DNA of 64,000 bases, taken from NCBI GenBank assembly GCA_019828565.1, contig JAHDYR010000004.1, positions 406,619 to 470,618 of the forward strand. Direction: 5' to 3'. A program made the translations under genes and the position numbers. The DNA is from Carpediemonas membranifera BICM (Eukaryota; Protista; Fornicata). How positions within the stretch are numbered: position 1 is the first letter of the stretch; each line of letters starts with the position of its first letter. The notes beneath the pieces were generated by a model, which saw only the letters and a list, made by a program, of their open reading frames with translations, ran no database searches and was not told where the DNA came from. Positions 8,977 through 19,600 of this stretch are shown here, piece by piece.

Positions 8977-9708
8977 TTAAGCCACGCGCGGGGGGACGAA
9001 CTCGCGAGTCCACTCTTGCTTGTCCTGAGTGCAGTCGGTGCTCCGGTGGCCCCAGCCGCCGCAGTTGTAGCAACGGGTGCCCTTATCAGAGTCGGGGCAC
9101 TCGTCAGCGGTGTGGCCGTAGTTGCCGCACGTGAAGCAGGTGATGTCGCTGCGGTCACGGCGCCCGCGGTAGGGGGCATCGCGGCCACCACGGCGTCCAC
9201 CGCTGGGGGCGTTGGGGCACTCAGCGGCACGGTGGCCAGACTGGCCACAGTTGAAGCAAGCACGGTCGTTGTTGCCGTGAGCGGGCTCAGAGCAGTCGGC
9301 AGAAAGGTGGCCGGTCTTGCCACAGTTGAAGCAACGGCGCTCGTCGTAGGACTCGGGGCACTCAGCAGCGCGGTGGCCAGGCTTACCGCACTTGAAGCAG
9401 CGGGGGCCGCCACGGCGGTCGCCACGGGATTCGTCGCGGGGCTCAGGGCACTCGAAGGCGCGGTGGCCGGGCTTGCCACAGTTGAAGCAAGTCTGCTCTC
9501 TACGGCCGCTGAAACGTCTCTCATCGTCTCTGTCACCAGGCTCGGGGCACTCAAAGGCACGGTGGCCGGGCTTGCCGCACTTGAAGCAAACATTGCTGCG
9601 GCCGCCGCCACGAGGGCCGTTGTCGCGCTCTCTCTTGGGCTCAGGGCACTCAAAAGCCCGGTGGCCAGGCTGTCCACAGTTAAAACACGTCCGCGTATCC
9701 CGCTCCAT
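8977..9708 (-). CDS. CNBP/Gis2/UMSBP-like protein with eight CCHC zinc knuckles
   Basis: Eight C-x2-C-x4-H-x4-C units (e.g. CFNCGQPGHRAFEC) separated by RG/RGG-rich linkers; ATG at 9708. Confidence 0.92.
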   Translation of the reverse strand: MERDTRTCFNCGQPGHRAFECPEPKRERDNGPRGGGRSNVCFKCGKPGHRAFECPEPGDRDDERRFSGRREQTCFNCGKPGHRAFECPEPRDESRGDRRGGPRCFKCGKPGHRAAECPESYDERRCFNCGKTGHLSADCSEPAHGNNDRACFNCGQSGHRAAECPNAPSGGRRGGRDAPYRGRRDRSDITCFTCGNYGHTADECPDSDKGTRCYNCGGWGHRSTDCTQDKQEWTREFVPPRVA

Positions 9709-10071
9709 CACTATCGCAATGAGACTAGCTGTCTGTTGCAGAGAGAAAACCCTCGTCATTTCGAAAAAGGTGGAAACTATTTGGGCAGTTGGTGTGCCAG
9801 TTTCTGTTGACGTGCGATGGTCAGGAGCGTGTTTTGAATGCCCTGTGTTTCTTTGAAATATTTCTTCGCCCTTCTGATTCTGCTGGTTATCACGAGACGA
9901 TACTCCTCCCTTACAATCGTCAACGTAATTTTTCGCACGACCGCGACTGAAGCAGAGTCATCGTAGAGCAATCAACAATGACGGGTAAAGCATGCGGCAT
10001 TTACAGTTCCCCAGGACGACCCTGGTGATAAACTAAGAGACGGGTCAAGTAGCTGCTGGGATGATGGGGGC

Positions 10072-10476
10072 TCACTTCGGTGTCATTCTCTTCTTCATCA
10101 GGTCGATGCTGTCGCCCGGCCTGTCAAACTGGGGCGACTGACGTGGGATGGCGCGAGGCTCGGGGGGCATTGGATGTGCTCGCTTGAACAACGTAATCGC
10201 CCTTTCAATCATACTGTCACGATCATCCTTGTCTAGCTCCATGGAATTGGCAGGAATATAGCGCAGACCATCTTCGTCCTCCGAGCTAAACACGGCACTC
10301 ATTAGATCACGCGGACTACTTCGTATCTGCGTTATTACAACAAGGAATCTGCCATGTTGTAGTGTAAAGATTATGTTCCCCGCTAGATCTACCGCTTTTC
10401 GCGGCGTCTCGCTGCTCATGACCGCGGTCAAATTCTCAGCCCGCAGAATATCTCTGCCGACAGAAGGGTCAGTCAT
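10072..10476 (-). CDS. Hypothetical protein, 134 aa
   Basis: ATG-initiated ORF occupying the gap between genes; no motif recognised. Confidence 0.5.
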   Translation of the reverse strand: MTDPSVGRDILRAENLTAVMSSETPRKAVDLAGNIIFTLQHGRFLVVITQIRSSPRDLMSAVFSSEDEDGLRYIPANSMELDKDDRDSMIERAITLFKRAHPMPPEPRAIPRQSPQFDRPGDSIDLMKKRMTPK

Positions 10477-10577
10477 GCGCTAAAATACCGTGTCTGGCGG
10501 ACCCCATCGGTGTGTCGGCCCGGTGATATAGCCTATAGTGCCAAGCCGGAGTGTGCAGTTTATGTCACTTCACGACG

Positions 10578-11865
10578 ATGGATTACCGCTCAGCCGCAAG
10601 GAAGCTGCCCGAGGCCACGGGTGGCGAGAAACGGAAGTACTATGCGATGAAAAGCGCAGACAAGCTTGATGCTCCCGATGAAAGCGTCTCAATGGGCACC
10701 AAGCGCATGGTTGCTGTCATGATTGGCTATGTAGGTTTGTACGACACCGTACGATGACACAGGAACAGGTTACTACGGTCTTCAGATCCAGGAGGGCCCC
10801 GACGGTCTTCCTACTATCGAGGGCGAGGTCTTCAAGGCCCTTGTCGCAGCCGGTGCCGTATCCGAGGAGAACGCCGTCTCCGTCCACAAGATCAAGTGGT
10901 CCCGCACTGCACGGACGGATAAGGGCGTGCATGCGCTGAGAAATATCCTGGCGTGCAAGCTTGTTCTCTCCGAGGACCTTGTGGCCGCCGTCAACGCGCA
11001 TCTCCCGCCCGCGGTCAGGATGTTTGGATACGCGCGGACAACCAAGTCATTCAACGCCAAGAACGCGTGCTGTGCGCGGACGTACAACTATGTCATCCCC
11101 GTCTCGGCGTTCAGACCCCTCGGCTCCGCTGAGGAGGTCAAGGCACGGTGGTCTGCAGCCGAGCAGGGCGAGCTTCCCGCAGCACTGCAGTGGGAGGGCG
11201 AGTGGGAGTTCAGCGACAGCACGCTGGCCCTGATCAACGACACGCTCGCCGGGTTTGTCGGCTTCCACAAGTTCCACAACTACTCGAGCGGGATCAAGTT
11301 CGGGCAGCACCAGAGCACCCGTAACATCATCAGCTTCACCGCTGCTGCCCCCACTGTGGTGAACGGCGTCCCTGTCGTCGTAGCGACCGTTCACGGCGAG
11401 TCCTTTGTGTATAATCAAATCAGGAAAATGATCGGCGCCATGCTTGCGGTGGTGACAGCCCGCGGCCCGCCATCCCTGCTCGCGCTCTCCTTCAAGGACC
11501 ACTCGATAAGAGTTCCCCTGGCCCCGGGTGAGTTCCTCCACCTCGAGCGGTGCCACTTCGACCACTACCACGAGACTCTCGTCGGGCACCCCAGACTCGA
11601 CTTCGACGACTGTGACTCGGCCGTCGAGGAGTTCCGAGCGAACTTCATTCACCCTGCGATGGTCCAGAGCGCGCCAGTCATGGAGCAGTTTATGACCGAG
11701 ATGGAGGACATGTTCGACGAGGTCGCCGCACTCGCACGGCAAGAGGAGGCCAAGGACGTCAAGCGGGCGACGATGGCGCGCTCAGTCCGACTTGAGCCGT
11801 TTGAGTATCTCCCGTCTGGGGATAAGGCGAGGCTGCGGGCGGAGATCGAGTTGTGGTCCGAGTAG
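10578..11865 (+). CDS. PUS1: tRNA pseudouridine synthase Pus1 (TruA family); exons 10578-10734 and 10763-11865
   Basis: Spliced VMIGYVGTGYYGLQIQ, catalytic RTARTDKGVHA, FNAKNACCARTYNY, GFHKFHNYS and GESFVYNQIRKMIG. Confidence 0.92.
10735..10762 (+). other. 28-nt intron (PUS1)
   Basis: GTTTGT...ATGACACAG; removal restores GYVGTGYYG. Confidence 0.9.
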
Positions 11866-12475
11866 GTCCCACAGTGTAAATAACTAGCGGTTTATGGGTT
11901 TATGCGGTCGGAGGGTCACGCCATCGGGGACCAGCCAGGGGAACTCGCCGTCCAACTCAGTGTCACTGGATACGAACGATGCCTCTGCGGTCTGTCTCGC
12001 CGACTGACAGCCTGAGCGTCGCCCGCTCAGGCGACACTGGGTCGGGTGTGCTTTTTCATCCATGCTCATTCATGATCGAACCAGGAACAGAATTTGTGTG
12101 AACAACATACAATTAGGCGCACCACTCCCTTACAATCCACATCCATTACTTTCTCTCACGGATTACTCTCCATTTCCGCCGTTTACAGTGTTTTAGAGCC
12201 CAGGGCTGTACATGCTGCTGCCGCAGGTATCAGTCCCCGCCAGATAGTACGTACGGCTAGGACCCTCCCTGCACAGCGGGGCAGCGCTTCCATCAGCGGC
12301 CTTCGCTGCGTTTTGACCCATAGTGCTTATCTTGTGCCATGACTGTACATAGACTCATGTATCATCATAAATGGCCTTTATACCGTTCCCAACGACAAAC
12401 TCCCGAGAAGCATCAACCTAGGTGGACGCGGATAACACCTTTATGACGTATTAAGCTATGCTACTGTACACCGCA

Positions 12476-15400
12476 CTACCGCTTGTACTTGGCTTCGCCA
12501 GTCCATAGCGGCCTGTCCCGCGCCTCGAGCACCACGTGCACCCGCTTGCCAGAGATCCGCCAGCGACACGCCATCGTCCGGATGTCGCTGTTGGTCAGGT
12601 CCACGCTGGTGTCCTGGAGGAGGATGATGGCGTTTGAATTAATCATAACGACAATGGCGACCTGGGTGTTGTTGGCGGCGAGGATGAACGGCTTGTCCTT
12701 GTCGCAGACGGACACGAAGAGCGGAGGCCCGTCGTTCTCGCCCCAGCACTTCACCAGCATCGTCCGGAAGTTACCCCGGAGCTGGAAGACCCTCAGACTA
12801 CTAGGGCACTCCCCCACGGCAAGCATGGCGGTGTTGCCGTCAATGAGGGGCAGCGCGGCCATGCGATCAGTGAGCTGCAGCCCGTTTCTGACGAGGACGT
12901 CGACTGCTAGTGCAGTGTGGAGGGTCGGGTCCCGCTGGCAGATCATGTCCAGCAGCATCATGCCCCGCTTGCGGTCGTCCGGCTCGTTGCTCGCCCTCAG
13001 GAGAGACTGGGCGGCGCTGACAAGGGCGTGCGAGTCGTGACGTCCGTCCCTGCCAAGCAACGCGGTCGTCACGGCGAAGGCGCTCTGCGTCTGGCACACG
13101 GCCCGCCGCAGCATCGCCGTGAGCACAGTCGTCATCGCCGGGACGCCCTGCATCACCGAGGCCACCAGTATGGCTGTATCCAGCCCGGGGTCCTCTCGTG
13201 TGCTCGAGTGCAGCGTCGTCAGCGGGGCAACGTCGGGGTCGCCCTCGATGAGCATGTTCCCCAGCAGGTTGGCCACAGCCAGCGTCGGGTGCTGCTCGCT
13301 GGGCGGGTGCACCGGCAGCGGCACCCTGCGTCGGCCCCGGGCGACCGCCAGGACATATGTCGCGGCCGCAGTGAGAAGGGGCACATGGCCGGCGATGAGG
13401 TCGACCAGGAGGGAGCAGTCGGGCGCCTCCATGGGCCCTGGGATGGGGTACTCGTCGGGCCGGGTGAAAGGGCTCTTGAAGGAGAGGAACGCCAACGCTG
13501 TGCGGATGACTGTCGCGATCGTGTCGTACTGGGCCCGACGGTCGGCATAGGAGCACGCGATACAGCCTGTGTCGGCGGGTATGCGGGGGCTTTTGTGGAT
13601 TCGAACAACGGTCAGCCAGTCAGATTCGAGGATCTTGAGGAAATCTCGGGGCAATCTCAAAAGATCAGGCGAATCTTCCTCGGGCGGGAGCCACACGCCG
13701 AGGATGCTCGAGATGGCGGCCAATCGTGACTCCGTCGAGTCGTCCAGACGGGGCATGCCGGTCACCGCCTGCGACGGCTGCCCCAGTTGACTCAGCATCC
13801 CCTGCAGCCGGAGCCGGAGCATGCCAGACCCGCTGGGCACGACACATGACAGCATCGCGCCCTGGTCGACCTCAGCTCCGGTCCCCCTGGGGGTCCCCGG
13901 CCCCCTGATTGACGCCGACCGGGGCCGAGTGTGAGCAGTTACAGTGCTCGCCCGCTGCCTGCCGACCATCTTACTGTCGGACCCGGTGGGGGTGGAGGCC
14001 GAGGGTGACTGCAGGACCCCGCTGCGAGCCCGGTGCCAGCCAGGATAGACCCCATCCGCCGCGGCCCTGGTCTCCAGATCCGCCCGGGTCGCCTCGAGCA
14101 TGGCCCTGCGTGTGTGCGGTATGGGTACGTCGTCGAGCCACGACACGCTTGTGTAGAGCGAGTCGGAGCAGTCTAGCGGGCGGGAGAGCCCGATGATGGT
14201 GTCGGCGATGCTGTGGACGACAAGGTGTGCGGTGGGGTGCCGCACTGGGTCCCATGGGATGGCGCACGCGGCGGTGAAGACGACGTCGCTGAGTGATGCG
14301 GGTCTGACTGCGGTGTTGGCGTGGTACAGGGTGACGGTGCCCTGCGTCAGCACGGCCAGATGCTCGGGGACGATCACACCGGACACGACCGTGGCAGAGG
14401 TGCCGGTGGCGACCAGCTGCGGGGCCCCGCCGACCGGGATGGACATGACGGGGGTCAATGCACCGTCTGTCAGGACTGCCAGCGTCACGCGGCCCTCGTG
14501 GGCAAGGACGAGCACGGGGGCCAGCGAACTGTCGCCCCTGCCACCCCTCCGCGCCTGGAAGCCTGTGAGCGGGTTCCTTGTGGCCGGGGTGGGGTGGGGC
14601 GACATGGAGGTCATCGCCGTGACCGGGGCGGGGGCGGTGAGGTCGAGGCCCTCCTCCAGCACTGTGAGCCGAGTGCCCCGGGCCACGACGTGCCTCACTC
14701 TGCGTCTCATGACGATCTTAGTGAGCATGCCGGCGCTCGGATCCTCCTGGGCGAGCTGGCCGACCTGCTCGAGCGTCTCGGCCGAATAAACGGCCCCGGC
14801 CACGTCCACCACGACCCCGGCGGCCGGGACGACCGTGGTGGGCATACTAAGGGTGCTAAGGGGCGAGGTGCCGATCGTGGGCGGGTCCGTCGAGTAGGAC
14901 CAGGCGGCCGTCTGCCCCTCAGAGGAGAGCACGAAGGTCGAGCCGCACACGCCCCAGCATCGGGCAGTGGGGAAGGGCAGGGCGATGGGGATGTCGGCAA
15001 CAGGCACCATTGGCTCGGCGAGGTCGCCCGTCGGCCGGTATACGAAGAGGATGGCCATGTCCTCGCTGTAAAGGCCCAGCGTGAACACCAGTCCGCCCTC
15101 CACCTGCAGCCCGCGGCACGGTAGCTTCTGGGCGACGATGCCGTGGCTCTCGTTCTCCAGGTGGTATGTGCGGAGCTCGGCCACGTCGTCCCCGGCCTCG
15201 GACTCGGCGTCAGACGGGGCGCGGGGGTTCGAGAGCAGCACGGCCAGCATGTCGACGATGGCCACCTGCTCGCACGGATATGGGCACGTCACCAGCTCGT
15301 CTGGCTCGGGGACGTCCCGGTCAAGGCGGTAGAGCGTCGTTGTCGTCTCGTGGATGGCCACGGCGAGCACTGCTCCAGGGCCGGTGTGGATGGAATAGCG

Positions 15401-15727
15401 AAGGGCCGGTGGGAGGTTCCATTTCGTGTCGACGACGCCTGTGGCGATGTCGATGCCGCGGCATTCGTTCCTGTCTGAGAGGATCACGAGCTGGCCCTCG
15501 TGGACGCAGTAGTCGACAATCTCGGATGTCTGGGCGTACACTGTGCGCTCTAGTTCATATCTATGGCTCCCCTTCTCCGCCGCCCGCCATATGACGACTG
15601 TCAAGTATTTGGCAGCGACGAAAGTGTGTATAAGACGCGGAACGCCATCAAAATCAGTATAAATCACTTGCCGATCTACATCTACATTGCGGTGATCGGC
15701 AAGGCGCGATGAGAGCTCAATCTGCAT
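12476..15727 (-). CDS. Large hypothetical protein (1083 aa) with beta-propeller-like N-terminus; C-terminus weakly WDR7/rabconnectin-3beta-like
   Basis: Long ATG ORF with coding-like GC3. C-terminal LPLID..MLAVGE..SLRVFQLR and CRWRISGKRVHVV loosely recall WDR7; the family call is weak. Confidence 0.7.
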   Translation of the reverse strand: MQIELSSRLADHRNVDVDRQVIYTDFDGVPRLIHTFVAAKYLTVVIWRAAEKGSHRYELERTVYAQTSEIVDYCVHEGQLVILSDRNECRGIDIATGVVDTKWNLPPALRYSIHTGPGAVLAVAIHETTTTLYRLDRDVPEPDELVTCPYPCEQVAIVDMLAVLLSNPRAPSDAESEAGDDVAELRTYHLENESHGIVAQKLPCRGLQVEGGLVFTLGLYSEDMAILFVYRPTGDLAEPMVPVADIPIALPFPTARCWGVCGSTFVLSSEGQTAAWSYSTDPPTIGTSPLSTLSMPTTVVPAAGVVVDVAGAVYSAETLEQVGQLAQEDPSAGMLTKIVMRRRVRHVVARGTRLTVLEEGLDLTAPAPVTAMTSMSPHPTPATRNPLTGFQARRGGRGDSSLAPVLVLAHEGRVTLAVLTDGALTPVMSIPVGGAPQLVATGTSATVVSGVIVPEHLAVLTQGTVTLYHANTAVRPASLSDVVFTAACAIPWDPVRHPTAHLVVHSIADTIIGLSRPLDCSDSLYTSVSWLDDVPIPHTRRAMLEATRADLETRAAADGVYPGWHRARSGVLQSPSASTPTGSDSKMVGRQRASTVTAHTRPRSASIRGPGTPRGTGAEVDQGAMLSCVVPSGSGMLRLRLQGMLSQLGQPSQAVTGMPRLDDSTESRLAAISSILGVWLPPEEDSPDLLRLPRDFLKILESDWLTVVRIHKSPRIPADTGCIACSYADRRAQYDTIATVIRTALAFLSFKSPFTRPDEYPIPGPMEAPDCSLLVDLIAGHVPLLTAAATYVLAVARGRRRVPLPVHPPSEQHPTLAVANLLGNMLIEGDPDVAPLTTLHSSTREDPGLDTAILVASVMQGVPAMTTVLTAMLRRAVCQTQSAFAVTTALLGRDGRHDSHALVSAAQSLLRASNEPDDRKRGMMLLDMICQRDPTLHTALAVDVLVRNGLQLTDRMAALPLIDGNTAMLAVGECPSSLRVFQLRGNFRTMLVKCWGENDGPPLFVSVCDKDKPFILAANNTQVAIVVMINSNAIILLQDTSVDLTNSDIRTMACRWRISGKRVHVVLEARDRPLWTGEAKYKR

Positions 15728-16041
15728 CCGACCAAGCGTACTCTCGAGCTGAGCATTTTAGCGTCGACTCGCCTCGACTCAGGCCAAGACACACGATGAC
15801 ACTGCCCAGTCATCCCCTCCGTGCTATCATCGCTCTCGCTTTCTTTTCGTGTTCGTCGGCTGAACCCATCACTTATCATTGACCACCTGAGACAGGATCA
15901 CCGGGGTTGACACGACTGGCTGTAATCGACCGGGAAACTGACCATGCGCCGCAGTAACCGTGACGGTCTGTCGAATCAGATCCAAATTTTTTTGTGCGAC
16001 GGTCAGCAAATAAAGGCGATACATGATCGCAAACCTAAATT

Positions 16042-16525
16042 TTAAAGGTTCTTGATGTGGCCCTTAAGAGCGGCGAGGGCAGCGGTGTCCTCACCCCAGT
16101 TAGTGAGGCAGGCGGAGGAGCAAGCGACGACCTTGCAGGCCTCGCCCTCCTCGTTGAAGCGGCAGAGGCCGGCCCACTCGCCGAGGGTCTTCTTGGACTC
16201 AACCTGCATGAGGGGAACCTCGCGGTCCTTGCAGAGAGCGGTAACCTGTGTGATGCGGCGGGTGGAAAGAACAAACGAGCTTGGTGTACTGCTGGTTATC
16301 GCAATCGGCGGCAAGGAGGCAGATGACGGCGCGCTTGCTGTCAACAGCCTTGGCAACCTCGCGGAGGCCGCGGAGAAGGCCGTCGGTGAAACGAGCGGAC
16401 TTCATCACCTCACGGAGAGCCTCCATGGGCTCGTAGGTGACGGGGGAAACCTCGGTGGTCTCAACAGCCTGAACTGGGTAAGATGGACACCCGAACGATC
16501 ACAAACCGGGAGTCTCAGCGTCCAT
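16042..16525 (-). CDS. RPS12: 40S ribosomal protein S12 (eS12); exons 16525-16507, 16473-16277, 16245-16042
   Basis: ALREVMKSARFTDGLLRGLREVAKA...CLLAADCDNQQYTKL|VTALC...KTLGEWAGLC...KVVACSS. Confidence 0.95.
16246..16276 (-). other. 31-nt intron 2 (RPS12)
   Basis: GTTTGT...ATCACACAG; removal joins YTKL to VTALC. Confidence 0.92.
16474..16506 (-). other. 33-nt intron 1 (RPS12)
   Basis: GTTTGT...CTTACCCAG; contains an in-frame TGA; removal joins MDAETP to VQAVETT. Confidence 0.8.
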
Positions 16526-16653
16526 AGAAGATAATCGCTTCCTGACATTTTTTCATGTAAAAAAGTGCATGAAAAAAGATGGGAACGAGGCAAAGGAAGA
16601 ATCGCAGACCATGGCATAGCATACCTTTATCCCAATCCGTTGACTGATGATCC

Positions 16654-19600
16654 TCAGTCGATCTCGATCACCTCCGCGGGCTCCCCCGTCGTTGTGCTCT
16701 GTACAATGCTCCCGGTCACCCGCTGTTGCCCCGGCTGGGCCTGCACCTGCTGGACAGGCTGTGTCTGGGGCTGGGGCTGGGCGGGTCTCACGCGAGCCTG
16801 GTAGCCGTGGCCCGCAGTGATGTTGTTCTGGATGGCGTTGACGCGGCTCTGATAGATCCTGTTGTGCTGGGCCCACAGATCAGGGTCGAGGATGTTCAGC
16901 AGCAGCTTCCGCAGCAGCCTCATCCTGTTCTGGATGACCGAGCGCAGGTCCTTGTGGCCCGACGTCCTGTGCTCGGGCAGGGCCGCTAGCGTCTCCATAA
17001 TGCCCAACGTGCGGTCGAACAGCAGTGCCCCGTTATCGATGCCGTGCCGCGCCATTCCTACGACGATCCTGTTGTCGAGTCCGACTGGCCATGTGGGGCT
17101 GGGCGACGTCTGGTCCTGGACTAGTCTGCACAGATCGAGGTCCATGCCCATCAGGGGGAAGCAGTTGACGTAGTCGTCCCGCACGAGCCGGGTGAGCCAG
17201 GAACTGGGGTCAAAACGCATGTTCGGGTCGTCGCATGCGGCGCTCCACTCAGTCACACCCTCGTCCTTGCTGGCGGCGTTCCCTGCGGTCGGCAGGGGCA
17301 CCGTGAAGGCCGCATACGTGTGCGTACCCACGATCTTGCGGGCTACGGGCTTGATGAGTCGGGTGAGGTGCCAGTGGGCGGCGATCATCTCGATATTAGG
17401 GACGCCCCTCATGAAGGGCTCGATCTCGTCCCCATTGGCCAGGGTCCCACGGTCGGCCCGCACCATGGGCTCCATCTCAGCGATCTCACGGACCTGGAGG
17501 GCCATGTCGGCAGACGCCTTGACGAGGTCCTCCGAGGGGTGGCTGAGAGCGCCCTTGAGTGTGATCGACGCGAGGCCCTGGTTCTGCTTGATGTAATCCC
17601 ACTCCGCGGCAAGGTCGATGTCCCCCCGGTTGCGGAGGAACGAGAACAGCGCCCGCCGCTCAGGCTCAGTGAAACCGTGGACAACAAGCGGCACGTGCTT
17701 GCGGCGAGCCATGCGCTGCATCGCAACAGCCCGCATGGACCTGGCGGCGAGTTCACCCGGCTCGAGGGGGGCGTCCACGGGAGTCGGCTCGGGCGTCTGG
17801 GAGTGGTACTCGTACTCGTCGCCCTCGTCGTCGTCTCCGCTGTCGAACGCTCGCTTGTACAGGCGCGTCTTGCGGGCGCTGCGCTTGATGGCGCGCTGCT
17901 TCTCCTCCTTCTCGGCGTAGCTCTTGAGGATTCCCTGCCAGAAGGCGTTGTCGTCGCCGACATCCGCGGTCTCCTTATAATCCGCCAGTTCGAAAGCCTT
18001 GAAGAGGTCGACGTCCTCGGCCTCGCCCTCGCTGACGTCCTGGTCGAACCGGGCAAGGTTGATCCCGTCGACGCCCTCCCACTCGCCGATGACGCTGCCG
18101 ATGCGGGCGAGCTGGGCCTCGCGCTGCTTGGCGTGGAAGGCCTTGCTGAGTGCGTTCCTCTCCTGGGCGGACTGGGTCTCGAGGTCGTCCACGGTGGACA
18201 CCATGCTGAGTATGTCCGCCTCCTTGTACACGATGGTGCTCTCCCCGTCGGGTTGGGCGTCGTCCTCGAACAGCTTGCGGGCCCCGAACTTGACGAGCTC
18301 CTGGATCTCCGTCTCCGTCAGGGTGGCGCGGTCCATGCGTTTGACGACCACATGGTCCGCTACGAGCTTGCTCTTGGCCTTGGCGAGGATCTTTTCTTCG
18401 ACTGTGCCCCTGGTGACGAGCTTGAACACGTGGACGGGTCTTTGCTGGCCGACCCGGTGTGTGCGACACAGCGCCTGTATGTCTCGGTGGGGGTTCCAGT
18501 CGGAGTCGAAGATGATGACGGTGTTCGCCTGCACCAGGTTGAGCCCCTCCCCGCCGGCCCGGGTCGACAACAGGAACACGGGGATGTTCTCGTTGTTGAA
18601 GCGGAGGATGCTCTCCTCTCTGTCAGACCGGCTGACACGACCGTCGAGGATGACAAACTCGATCCCCTCGAGCTCGAGAACTTGGGCGATCAGATCCAGG
18701 GTCGACGTGAACTGGGAGTAGACCAGGAAACGGTCCCCCCGCTTGATCAGGGCATGCAGGATCGTCACGAGGGTGCTCATCTTGCCGCTCATGGACAGGA
18801 TGCGCTTGAGGGTGTCCTCGGGCGTGCCGTTGTCGAGCATATCCATCAGAGTCTCCTTGAACCGGTTGTCCGTGAGCAGCCCGTTGTTGCAGCACTTCCG
18901 CAGCTGCATGAGCAGGTTGCTGCACGCCATCTTCAGCTTGCGGGTGGTGGGGTCGATGCCGGCCTCCAGGATGTGCCGGTACATGATCCGCTGCTCGGGC
19001 AGCATGTCCACGGGCACCAGCAGCTCCTTCTTGGGCGGCAGGTGGGGCAGCACGTCCTGCTTCCGTCTCCGCAGCATGACGGACCTCAGCTTCTTGTGAA
19101 TGTCCTCAAGCTGGCCTATGGCGGCGTCCAGCATCATACTCGGGTCAGCGTCCTCGGTGCCGACGAAGTCCTCCATGGACGGGAACTTCTTGGGGTCAAT
19201 GAACTTCAGCAGAGTGTGAAGCTCCCCAATGGTGTTCTGCATCGGAGTTCCCGTCAGCAAAAGCACCATGCCCTGCTTGCGGGACGTCGTCACTGTAGAG
19301 GGCACTGCGAGTGTGTACTGCTGGAGCTGCTTCCTCAGCTGGCTCGACTCTGACTTGAGTCGATGGGCCTCGTCGACGATCATGACGGGGTAGATAAGCT
19401 TGGCGAGCTTGGCCCCGGATAGGATGACTTGGTTGTACGTCGTCAGGACAATGTCGATGCGGCGCTTGCCCTTGATAGCGGGGGTGAGCTCGAGCTCCAT
19501 GAGGGCCTCGCGGTCGGCCTTGTCGCCATAGAATGGGACGACATGCATGTCGGGACACCACTTCCTCGCCTCGGCCGCCCAGTTGTCGAGCACGGACAGC

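Noticed and set aside
8977-9708. CCHC knuckles as retroelement Gag, and their DNA repeats as a CRISPR-like array
   Set aside because: Eight knuckles with RGG linkers and no pol or LTR indicate a cellular CNBP-type protein. The DNA repeats are simply the coding repeats.
11884-12470. Small ORFs between PUS1 and the 1083-aa gene
   Set aside because: They are short, lack motifs and lack the coding codon bias of neighbouring genes.
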